Positions 23,111 to 35,218 of a DNA stretch of 64,000 nt are shown piece by piece. A program made the position numbers and the translations under genes. This stretch comes from Lepidodermella squamata. Taxonomy: Eukaryota; Animalia; Gastrotricha. The number at the start of each line of letters is the position of its first letter. Within the stretch, counting starts at the first letter, position 1. The DNA lies in NCBI GenBank assembly GCA_047495785.1, contig JBLDXI010000009.1, forward strand, positions 4,154,001-4,218,000. Reading direction: 5' to 3'. The notes beneath the pieces were generated by a model. That model saw nothing but the letters and a program-made list of their open reading frames with translations, was not told the origin of the DNA and did no database searches.

Positions 23111-26100
23111 TCAGACGAATCGACTGCCGCAGAATCGAGTAGGGATTGCATGTAATGATGCTGTAATGAGTGCTACGAGAGTGAACAGGCTGGGCGATAG
23201 GACGGGTGCTGTTGACGTAGGTAACGCGCCTTGTGTCGCTGATGTCCGAGACTGATGGGTGAAGAAAAAATTGATTACAATCAGGTTTTAACTGGGTTCT
23301 AATAATATTCTATCAAACAATTTGCTCGATAGATTAACGAAGCGGTAAAAAACTGGATGAATAAATTTGCATATTTTTATGATATGCTTGATTACATTTT
23401 ATTGATTAGGAAAAACAAAGTTGAAATTCAAAGGCAGTTTGAAAAAATATCTAATCAGGAGTAATCGAAATATTCTTAGAAATAATAGTTATTCTTATTT
23501 AAATGTTACTTGAAAATCAATTTTAATTAAAAAATATTTTTAACCAGAATATCTCAAAGCGGAACCAAATTTGCATCTTGCGGAACCTTGGTCGAAATAT
23601 TCCAAGAGTAACTTTTTGAATAATTCTACGAATTTGACGCGAAGCATGAGTTCTGAATTGAACACTAAGTCTTATAGAGAATGTTACGCTGAATTTGTAG
23701 GCGAATTGGGTTCCGCTACAGCAATTAGGTTCCGGTAAAAGGGGGACCCGTCTTTAATTAGGAAAAACTGGGTTTTCTATATTATATGCGCATTCCCTTA
23801 TTCTATGCCTCGATAGTAGGAGCCAAAATTTCCTATTTAAAGCAAATTTCCAAAATTTAAAGCCAAATTTGTTAACTTTCCTCCTTTAATTTTTCAACCC
23901 AGCTACATTCTGATCCAATGAAAACATTATTTGGAAATCGTCGACAATTTTGTCATGAAGAGTTGTTTTTTGGACCAGACGCTAGTTTTGTTGTAAATTA
24001 GTCTTACATCTTGGTGGTTACTGGAGCGTGCCTTGCTGCTGGTGCCACCGCTGGGCCGTTCGTCCTCGAACAGCGGCAGGTTGCGCGGCTTGTGGCGCAA
24101 CGCGGGCAGGAAGGGCGCGATGGTGGCGTTGCTGGCGCGCGGCTGAATGCCGGCGAGCTCGGCGATGAGCGCGTACAGGTGCAGCGTCTCGAACGGCGGC
24201 AGCGTGACGTGCGCTTTGAAAGACGGGCCCATGGCGAAGAAGGAGGCGCGCATGTCCGGGTACGCGCCGTCGTAGCCGTGCGCGCCCAGCGAGCCGTAGA
24301 TTTTCGGCAGGTTCAGGTCGTCGCGGTACCACACGCCGCGCCAGCCCAGCTTGCCGACGCCGAGGATGGGCGGGATGCGCGAGTTGTCGCGGTAGTGCCA
24401 CCGCGCCGGGATTTCGTCTTTCAGGTAAAAGTCGAAGTGTTCGTTCTGGTTCTTCTTGAGCAAGTCGTACAGTTCGCCGACCATTTCCGGTTTGGGCCAC
24501 AGGTGAATCACCGACCCGTGCGCCCATGTCTCCACCTTAAAACGCAATAAAAAAATAGCGTATAATAAGTGGCTGTAAGGATGGATTTTCGGATAAATTC
24601 AAAGAAACTACAACATTACAACAAATTTGGCGAATTTTTGTGGGAAATTCAAACAATTTTTTGAATATTCCACCTTTTTCCCGCGATTCAACTGTAAAAA
24701 TTAAAAATTCACCGGAGAAAACCCGGAAAATTTCGGTAATTTTCGGTATTTTACCCGGTTTGACCGAATTTCTCCGTACTTTTTTACTCCCATTAACAAG
24801 TGCCCATAGAGAAAAAATGACCAGAGAAAGCACTCAAGCTAAAATTTCTAAATCCTCATTTTAATTCAAAGTTGACTTTCTCAAAACGGATATCTCCGTT
24901 TTCTACCAAATTTTGCATGCCTATAGAACACGAGCTGCTCCTTCGCGTGGTATAAGATTTGAGGTGGGCAACCCAACCGTTGTTACGATACAAAAACCTC
25001 GTTTTCACTATGGTTTTACTTATTTTGATGATATCAAGACTGAGCAGCAATTGCCCACCTCAAATCTTATACCACGCGAAGGAGCAGCTCGTGTTCTATA
25101 GGCATGCAAAATTTGGTAGAAAACGGAGATATCCGTTTTGAGAACGCACTTCTATAATAATGGAGATCAATATTTTAGCTTGAGTGCTTACTATGGTCAT
25201 TTTTTCTCTATGCAAGTGCCATTCTTGATTACCATTCTCGTAATTTTTTTAATTTTTCCAAATTTTTTCTAAAATTTTTCTGGCCATAAGATGTGACTTT
25301 TAGAGTCAATAAGTTAGACTTTCTGAACCATTTTCCGCATGTGACGTAGATAGGACGCCGCACTCAGAGCACGCCGACAGACAAGAAGACGTGTTCACTT
25401 TTTTCCTCATTAATATTCAGAATATTTTGCAGCTTAAAAAAAATAAAATGGCGGGGCTCAATTCGAATTTGTTTAATAATTAAAGTTTAAAAATTTAAAA
25501 TTAATTAGTTCAAGTTTCAAAGATCGCAAAAAGTAGTGATTTGGCGCGGTTTCCGAGACGCCACAAAGAGGAGATGCATCTTTAAAGATGAACTGAGCTG
25601 ATAAAATGGCAGCATCTGCTCAAAATTACACAAAAACAGCACAAGAAATATTGGGGTGGAAAATAATGACATGATTCATCTCATTAAATTTGAAACGATG
25701 AACTTTGCCCCTTATTAGTCTGACTTCAGTTTTTCGTGTCCGAAAACCTCTTAGTGCGGCGTCCTATCTACGTCACATGATTTTCCGTGGATTTTCTTTC
25801 CTTGCGTTGCTTATGGGGCACGCTGTACTACAAGTTGTGGGACCATTTTCTTAATTAGTAATTTTTTGCGGGCATTTCGTTTCAATTTTTTCCAAATTTG
25901 AAATACCGGAAAAAAAATTCACCAACGAATCAACAAAGAAAACCCGGAAAATCCCGATTGGTATCTAACTGGTAATTTTCGGTAATTTACCCAGGTGGGC
26001 CAAATTTCGGTATTTTTCAGATTTTACGAATTTCTGCATGCCATCTACATTTTAAACTCTGTAAAATTGGCAATAGCTTACTCTGAGACGATGGTCGAAA

Positions 26101-27076
26101 TATTTCTCGACCTGTTCTCCATCGAAAAGTTCGGACAAAATGATGATTTTCGACGTATCAACCGTTGTGAGGCCGTGATCGCTGCAAACAATCAAATCAA
26201 CCTCGCCCAACAGGTTGTACGAGTCCATCTTATTCAACAAATAGCCGATGTTGTCGTTCGCCATCAGCAGCTGCCGATGTACGCTATTCGACTCAGGGCC
26301 GTGAATGTGCGACGTTTTGTCCGGCTCGTGGTAGTACAACATGGCGAGATTCACGTCATCTTCAACGAGCCATTTGATGGTTTTATCGACCCGTTGAGTC
26401 CACGGCATGATGTCGCTGTACGTGGCCTCGTAGCGAGTCGGCGTGAGGCCGTTCATGCGTGTCATTGACCCGGGCCACAAATGAATGCCACTCGGCACGT
26501 TTTGCTTCGTCGCCGTTATCCAAATCGGCTCGGCCATGTTCCAGTAAACTTCGTCAGTTTTTGATTTTACAAACTGAGCGTGAATCTCGGGTACTAAGAA
26601 CGTATTGTGAACGATGCCATGTGTCTCAGGATAAACACCTGTAAAAAAATATGAAATTTTCAAAAATTGAGTTTTTAAATTAAAAATTCGGAAAAAATTG
26701 AATTAAATATTATAAAATTCGAAAATTCGAAAAAATAACAAAATAATTTCAAACTTAATTTAAAAATTTTTTGATATTTTTTTCAATTTTAGGGTGTTTA
26801 AATAGTCTGAATAAAATTACCTGTTGCCATGGAGTAGTGATTCGGAAACGTGAAAGTAGGAAAAACCGGTATTGTATATTGAGCGCGAACATTTTTAGCT
26901 ATTCGCGTTATATTGCCTAGGTCGTTGCGGTACACGTCGACGTAGTTCCACTTGAAGCCGTCGAGCGAGACGACGAGAACCTTACCGTCGCCGCGACTCG
27001 CTAGGCCTATTAGCATTAAAATCAGCAGTTTCGCCACTGGGCAGCTGAAGCCTAACGTAGCGTCGGCGAGCCGCAT
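23111..27076 (-). CDS. ENPP4/5/6-like phosphodiesterase, copy B; exons 27076-26821, 26638-26082, 24535-24008, 23251-23111
   Basis: Signal peptide, SLDGFK, PTFTFPNHYSMATG, EPDKTSH, SDHG, GAHGYDG; first two introns at positions equivalent to copy A; last exon gives a Ser/Thr-rich spacer plus hydrophobic tail (SLFTLVALITASL). Confidence 0.92.
24805..25212. mobile_element. P/hAT-type fold-back MITE with 8-bp TSD
   Basis: CAAGTGCC|CATAGAGAAAAAATGACCA ... TGGTCATTTTTTCTCTATG|CAAGTGCC; internal ~93-bp perfect inverted repeat (~24878-24972 and 25051-25144). Confidence 0.88.
25338..25779. mobile_element. P/hAT-type MITE with 8-bp TSD
   Basis: 27-bp TIR CATGTGACGTAGATAGGACGCCGCACT; ATTTTCCG duplicated at 25330-25337 and 25780-25787. 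Confidence 0.9.
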
Positions 27077-30000
27077 TTTTCCAAGTTAGATTGCTGCGCT
27101 TTTTTCGGAGTTCTAATAGTAGCAGATCGAACTGGCCATTTTTGAGCCGCCTAATGCGACTATTTACATAATAATTTCCGAATTACTGATGCCTATACAA
27201 ATAGAAATATTGAGATTGTTATTTGTTATTAGGATTACATCATTTGGCTATAGTTACAGCTCAGCAGAAACGATAATTGATCAAAAATCGACAAAAGGGT
27301 TTAAGAATAGAAAAATTGGGAAATCTATGAATCATCTATTAATAATAAATAATAGGAATTTAATTGGAATTTAGGATTTCACTAATATGGGGCCGTGGGA
27401 ATAAAGGAATACAATACTGATCATTGTTAGAGATTAGGAATAAAACAATATATAAGAATAGGAATAAGCGTAGGAAAATTGAAAGAAATGAGGAAGGTCA
27501 GGAATTAGGATTCTATGAGAAATCTGATTCACTGGAAGGTAGAAGGATTTGGCCCGACGTTGAAGGAGAATCAAACAGCGCGATACGTGGTCATTAACAA
27601 CAGCAGGAGCAGTTTCTGAATGACTTGTAAACCGGAATAACGGGCTGCCAATATTCGATCGGGGATACAAAAAAATAACTACTCGACCCGAAAGTTATTT
27701 GCATAATGAGTGCGCAATGTCCATTTTTACGCGGGGGTTGAGCGTCTATGATAAAATAACGCATTATTATTTTTCCAATATATATTTTTTGACCAATAAA
27801 TTGAGATGAGCTATACTTACGCGGGAGGCTAAAAATACGCTGCCCACACCAGCCGTCAGTCCATTGATTGGCTAAATAGGTTTGTAGCCATTATAGACAG
27901 CCAGGGTGCCCACGTTCATTTTTCGACCACGCGCAATATATGAACTAACTTGCGCGGTGAAAAATAAGGCGGCTAAAAATTGGAAGCGGGCAGGGTGGAT
28001 CGAAAAGTTAATTAGGCAGTAGGGTATTTACCTGGCGCGTGTAGCGCGGGCAGGTTACGCTCAGGCGATGATACAGCGTTATTTTAAGCCGGTTTTTCTT
28101 CAACATACACAACAAGCGCATGCTGTATTTTCCCCCATGTTTACATTCACACCGCATAATACATATAAAATCAGCGTATATATACGTATATTACATGGGA
28201 GTAATAAATTGGCGCGATATTTATGGCGGAAAAATGTGCCCGTAGTCATAACAAAATAACGAATATACAGGCCAGAGTGATTTTTCGGCTAAAAAGTGCG
28301 AAACAGTTTTTGGCGGCGCGAAAAATTGTCATGAACCACCACGCCGATTTGTTTTCGCAAAAACGATAGAAAAACACATTTCTGCGTATAAATAAACAAC
28401 ATCGCGAGCATCAGTATAAATTTAAACCAGAGAAGTGAACTGCGCGCGTGCGGATGCGCGCTATTGAGGGCGAAGTAATATAATGAGCCGATTAAATCAC
28501 CGCGGCGCGATGAAAAAAAACGAGACTGGCCAAGCGTGACCCAGTGACGCAAAAAACGATTTCAAGGCTCATTTCTCACCTGGAAAAAGTATCAGGTTAA
28601 GTTAGAATGCCGTTTTTCCGGTCGATTGCTTCCAGAAAAAAATTGTCTGATTCATTCGTCCCAGTTTCACTGAAGCGTATCGTTGAGTCTAATAGCAGTC
28701 GCGCTACTTCAAGATTATCAGCAGATGATTTGTGGCATCGATAAGGGTGGTAAAATGAAGAGGCATTATCATATATATCTCGGCTAATCTCGTACAGTAA
28801 ACAATTGATGATGATGATGTGATTTTTAAGGCGGTCTAATGCGATGGCTAAAGAGTCCCATAAACGCAGAAATGCAGTGATATAACTAATGTAATAAGCA
28901 AAATCATAGTTACATTTGTGGTGGGTGGGTGGTGGGCTGCAAAATTTGGCGCGTTGTTCGAGAGCGCGCAACTTTGTCAAGCGACATTTATTTATTATTA
29001 AGACAGCGCGTGGCCGTTGCGATCTTAAGGAAGCGCGCATATATGCGCAGGCAGGGCCAGCACGCCCTTATTATCGCGGGCCAATAATGACAATGACGAT
29101 GATGCTGATGATGATAAAATAATAATAATAATAATAATAATCACAGCGCATATAATCAACTGTGATTGTTATCGCTGCGGAATGATTTTTGAAAATGGAT
29201 GTAAAAACAAATAATTGGACGAGACGAGTAGATACATCGCGCGGGCGCAAGTATCTTAATATATTAGCTGAATTCAGCTTTCATCCGCAGTGGCCTGGGT
29301 AATAAAATATTCAAGCTAATGTAGAGATAATTTGAGCAATTAATTCACATCAATAAATAATGATATATGGTAGATGATTTTTCTGCAGCTCCCTGTTTAG
29401 ATTTATATATTTTTGTGTCGATTTTATAGCGCAGCTCGCACGCGCCCCCAGATATGATGCTCGCACCCTCTCATCGTCAACAAATTACTGCAGTGTTGTC
29501 GCGCCCTTGTTTTAATAGCAGTTATTTTGCTTGTGCGGGCTCTATTTTCGTCCACCGCAACGCTTTGAAAGCTCCCTAAAAAGCATCACAGTTTCTTAGA
29601 TGGTAACATAAGCATAGGAAAAATAGTCGGAAAATCGATGAAGATTGGGGATGTATCTTTAAACTGGTTTCTAACGTGATCCTTTCTTGCACAGAAATTT
29701 AATTTAATTAGAAGTGCCAACGAAATTCGTTTTAAAATTTCAGAGTAGATTTTTGAAATTCAATCAAGCTTGGGAAAAAAATTCAATTAAAAATTCGAAT
29801 ATTAGGAACCTATTTCAAAGTTCTAATCTGAGAAAGTTGAGAACAGTCGTAGGTTATTTGCGAATCCTAATGTGAAAAGATTTCAGGTCCGGTAAAATGA
29901 AAGCGAAAATCCCATTTTTCCTGCAATTTAAACGAGGCCATTAGGCCAAGATGTGATGCGTGTCCGGAAATCTCACAAAAAGCGTAGGTAGCTACTAACC

Positions 30001-31147
30001 AGATTTTTCTCTTGTTAATTAAAATGGTCAGAAATGAAACGGGGGAGAAAAAAATCACGATTTAATTGCAAACGAGTGCTTCCTGGATATAATATGGCAG
30101 TGCGAAAAATCTCGACATTTGATATTGATGCCGGCGCTGTAATGGAGTGGCAAAAAAGCAGCGCGCTCAAGGGTCTGTTGTCGCTGAATAATGTGGCCCC
30201 TCAATAACAACTCGTCCTAATAGATTCGACGCAATAAATAATATAACGAGAATATGAGGGGCCAGTGAGAAAAAAATCATCCGGAGACAGGTGCAGAAAT
30301 AATTTAGGAATTATTCATCGCACGTATATACAATTAATTGAGCTCAATTATGCCATGAAAAAATTATTTTTAGCTCATCGCAATTTTTGCGGTTTCTACG
30401 GCTTGTAAACACTACAGGGATAAATTTTAAGGAATTATTTATTCGATATAATATTAGTATATTTATGGTGGCGCATGTCATTTTTTCGCTAATCCTCGCC
30501 TGGCATCGGGCGGTTTGATCGAAAAGCCGTTAATTGCCCTCAGGGCTGATGCAAATAATAGAAAATCGCGTTTGCCCGAATTTTAGACGATAGCCCTAAT
30601 GAAATTGATAACAATTTTTCGCACTGCTCGAGTTTCAACGCAAAGATAAGAAAAAAACATGCATTGTTTCCGCTTCCTGTCGCGCTGTTTTTTTGTCATT
30701 AAAATATTACTTTTCAACGTGGATGATAAAGACGATAGGTGGCGCCCGTTAGATAGGCAGGCACCTAGGGAAGAAAAACGCGTGTCTAGCGCCCCATGCT
30801 GTTTGCGTACTTGTCTCGCGTTCGCCGTGACGTCATCATCAGATCGCGGTTTCGTTAATTATTCATTCGATTGCGCGGCCTGGATCAAGCGTGAAAATCG
30901 AAGTAGCCATCTTAAGTGTGACTTCTCGCGCGGAAATTTTGCCCCGTTTTTATTAACATTTCATTCCGTACTCGAAAAAACTCCGCAACAACTCACACTA
31001 AACTTCCAGTTTATTCTATAATTTTGTCACAATAAAACAGAGAATTGATAAAAGGCACGTTGAAATACTATATTATCCATTTATTATAGCAGAGAAAAAT
31101 AGAGCAAATAAAGATGATAAAAAGCACGTGGAAGGAACAATAGGCAC

Positions 31148-32624
31148 TCAGTCTTCGATGACTATGCTGAGCGATTTGATTTCGTCGAGCAGGCTCCGCT
31201 CTTCGGCGGACAATCTCGTATCAGCATCGTCGAGGTCGATCAAATCGGCGCCGGCGTGGCCGCCCAGCGATGAAGTTCGCGACATGACTTGGCCCAAACA
31301 TTCGGTCATCATTCGCTCGACATCCGTGAAATATTCATGCTGGGAAAAAAATCGAAAAATTTGCAAAAATAAGGAAATAAAATTAATTTTCGAAATTTTT
31401 TGGAATTTTCGGCCGCAAAAGCAAAACTTGCGAGTATGTATTATTTTCATCAAAATAAATTTTACGCTCAGTTATTTGATTTTTTTGGATTTTTCAAAAA
31501 TACCTCAGCACAGGCTAAAAGCTGCAAACATGGTCCAATGACTTGCGATCGATATGCTAAGAATTCGGGCAGTTCTTTACGGAGCGTTGATAGAGACTGC
31601 GCGTGTTCAGTTCGCATTGACTCCAAATCACGACGTGCCTAAATATATATTCATAAGACAACAAATAGAAATGATTGCCAAAATCATAGACAATGAAGTG
31701 CAACGGAAACAAAACAAAAGCGATATTATAAATAGAGAAGAAATACTTCCGTACAATTTCAAGCTTTTGAGCGTTGGCGTTCGACATTTCGCGCGTTTCG
31801 TATTTCTTACATTTCGCTTGAAGTTGATGCATCTCCTGTGACGACGGGTACAGAGCGAGCCGGGGTAGGGGGAAATAAAGAAGAAATATTTAGAAAGCAA
31901 GCATAGAATATGTTTCAATTATTAAATTGTAAGTGGCCATGCAAGCTAATCAAAGTATAGCTGCTAATACCTACAAAAGGCAACGGGAGGCTACAACTTA
32001 CCGAGGTTAAACCATCATGCTTTTTCACAGCTGCTTGTAGACCCTGCAAATTCTTGCGATATCTGAGGGGAAATCAAAGTAAAACTACGAAACACAGCAG
32101 AAAGACATTGCTTACGTCTTCAAAGCTGCTCGAATGCTATTGACCGTGAGTTTATTCTAGAAAGTAAAAATGAATTTAGCTGACATTGATGGATAACATT
32201 CTGAAATTTTACTGTTGCTTCGGATGATTCTTTTAGCTTTGGCGATATGGCATTTCCCAGCTCAACGATGAGTCTTAAATCGGGATCGTAATGACTCGCA
32301 GGAGATTCGCCTAGCTCTGCTAGCATTCGCTCTGTCGCCTTAGCTAAATCTTCAATGAAGGAAGTTTTATCCTAACTCAGCGGAGGCTTATCGAAGTACA
32401 TACTTTCTCTCGTTTCTGCCACCTTTTTCATTGCCTTTGTTACTTTTTCCGCTTTGGCTTCAACTCTAGAGGTCAAAAGGAAATCATGAAATTGAAAACT
32501 TTCGACTCCTTGCAGAAACAAACTCAGAAATCGTTTTTGATTGCTCTTTCAAGCTGTAATCGTCGATCTCATCCAGAGATCCTGGCATTTTCGAGTTTCT
32601 ACGCCCGAAAGGATTCCACGCCAT
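31148..32624 (-). CDS. BIN3: Bridging integrator 3 (BAR-domain protein), multi-exon
   Basis: Starts MAWNPF, contains LQAKCKKYETRE and ends EIKSLSIVIED*, paralleling BIN3 MSWIPF / LQAKVEKYEEKE / ELRALSIVADD; short GT-AG introns. Confidence 0.82.
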
Positions 32625-33868
32625 CTCGCAAATATCAAATATGTATAAATAGAATCTAATATATACTGAAATAGATACATTCAAATCAGACATTCAAAAG
32701 ACAAACTAGTAATAATGGAAGTGCAACAATAAGCAACTAAATACGAGTCAGCATAGCTTCATGATTGCGCGAATGGGTACAAAGAATTCAGAGTTGAGAA
32801 TGGTACTTGAATGAGAATGCAACCACTGTTAACATTCCAACGAATTAATCACCTTACAAAAATTAGATAAATTAAATTAAACACATAAAACATTATGCAC
32901 AATGTAAAACAGGTAAGCAGGATAGAACACATCTACGAACTTCAAAGTTAAATAGCATAGTGGAAAATAGAGATGTTATGTCATTTGGCGGAGTGTTCCA
33001 CAGCAACGATAAAGAACGCCTCATATTTTGTGATGCGAGTAGCTCAGATGTAATGTAATTTGGGAAGCTACTCTCGGAGGAGTCACTCTTAGTCATCTAG
33101 TCTCTTCGTATCCCACGAAAATACGATCACTCTTAGTCACTCTAGTAGCTCTCGTATCACGAAATACGAATAGCTACAGAAACATTGTACCTTCGGAAAT
33201 GAACACTGCTACTGTTTAAGAAACAGGTATCGGTATACCAAAGACTGAGCTGAAGTGTTAGAAAAAGTTTGTGATTCAAGCTTACAAACCTCGTTTGACG
33301 CTTGACCACATTCAGCTTATCTTGGACTGCTTCTCATTAAGACTGAAGATCTAGATGCCGGTGAAACTAAAATGTAAAATGTCAGCTTCCTAAGACCCAC
33401 CACGCCAGCTTTAAGTTGAACGTTGATGAACACAACTACATACCACCGGTATAAGGTGTAAGGTGTCTGGCTGAATCAGTCCTGCCTTCAAAGAAAAACA
33501 AACATGCCTCTCAACGATTGCCAGACGCGAATAAACAAAACTACGATATTTACGCGGTAATTCTTCACACTTTTAAAATATTACTATAGAATAAACTATT
33601 AAAAGAGTAAAAAATAATACCCTGAAATACTTACATTGTTATAGTGATGACGCTTTTTTGTGGCTCTGGGGGGAAAAATCACGGTCGCAGATCAGATTTC
33701 AGGATCAAAGCTATATCGCTATACGTTTGACCAATCCAATTTTGCTTTGTTTGACCTTATTCAAATGCAAACTCTAGCCATAGCAATGGCCTTTATCGAA
33801 TTTCTATTTGATTGTTCATATATTGTCAATACAATATTGTTGTATATTGTCTATAGGTCTTATCAATA

Positions 33869-34931
33869 ATGGCCGACGTTGCTATTCAGCGGTCGAAACG
33901 AGACTCGGATGCCAAATGGGTAAGCTTTTAACAAATGATCGAAAACAGTTTTTTACTATGATGTGTGCGTGAAGACAAGGCGTGAGAATTAGACGCGTAA
34001 AGATGTGAACGGCAACGTCACATAATGTTAGGTTTGTTTTGATGCATGCTAAAGTTTTATTCGCGAATGATTGATTAGTCTCGTGTGCTGCTGATGCAGT
34101 TTCAATAGAATGGCAAGCATGAAAACCAAAGCGGTTTTAGATCGTAGTTTGTTGAATGCTATGTTATTTTCACTGTTTGACAGTATTATAATTTGAGATT
34201 AATTATGAACTGTATTGTAGTACAAACATCAGCCGATAGATAACGGGCCATTTTCGAGCGCAAACAACGAGCAGCAAAAAGCTGTTCTTGGTGGCTCATA
34301 TCAAATTCCTCATGGCCGCCACTTTGATCTTGGTGTCACTCGAATACAAAATATGTTCGAAAAAAGGGACGGAGAAAGCAATGTAAATGGATTCAGTACA
34401 CATGACCACCGCCACACTGTAGAAGCCAGCGGATACTTCGATGATGTGAGTGGAACAACTTTAATTGAATATCTGATGCATTTCCCCTTTAGTTTGATGG
34501 TAACCGGCTTTACGGAAGGAAAGCTGTCAGACCAGTTGACAGAAGGCTTCATCATACCGGCTCAGATTTTCTTACACATTACGGACGCGAGCCCGTAGTC
34601 GGAGGAACATACGAAGCTACCACTGCTGAGACGTATCAAGGCTACAAACCCTTTCCTGGGCCCACTTATCGCCGGTTTCCAAAGGTGAACATAGTCTGAT
34701 ATCGTTGACATTCAATATTTATAATAAATTTTTTTTCAGTTATATGGCGAAGCTCAAAGTGGCCCGGTTGAATTGCAGAATAATGTAACCAAGTGGTTCG
34801 GAAATGAATTGGATTACAACCCACCGATGATCAAAACTGAACATATGGGTCTTTCGCAGTGGAAGTACGTACCAGCTCCAGACAAAGCTCCGCGTAAGCA
34901 GTGGCGTTATACCTACCACTCGGCACTATAA
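33869..34931 (+). CDS. TEX36: TEX36-like (HDNR-motif) protein; about 4 exons
   Basis: Spliced reading MADVAIQRSKRDSDAKW|YKH...FSTHDHRHTVEASGYFDD|FDGNRLYGRK...YRRFPK|LYG...YTYHSAL*, matching TEX36 DGRWFPH / FSVHDNRHS / GRKK / FRRFPR. Confidence 0.78.
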
Positions 34932-35218
34932 TTCTGCATCAACTCTGCTATTTTCAACCCACGCTCTCATCTTCTTTATAAGCCAAAATATTATTTTTGT
35001 AGTAGCCTTCAAACGCAGTATCTATCTTCAATGTTTTGATGAAAATGTACCGTAATTTTATTTAAAAGCGGTGAAAACTATGACATTAAATGGAATAAAC
35101 AAGTGCTCTGAACTCCGAATTATCAAAATAGGCATAAGAACATACAGAAAAGGACCGAATTTCTGGCAAAAATAGTAATTCTAACAGTTCATAATTTGAA
35201 CAAAGGTAATAATTTAGA

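Noticed and set aside
24011-24550. Overlapping 179-aa (+) and 169-aa (-) ORFs as extra genes
   Set aside because: Shadow frames caused by the high GC of the ENPP-B exon.
28597-29040. 147-aa ORF
   Set aside because: No domain features, atypical composition, no supporting splice structure.
33083-33170. ~45-bp imperfect tandem duplication
   Set aside because: Only two degenerate copies; ordinary local slippage with no further structure.
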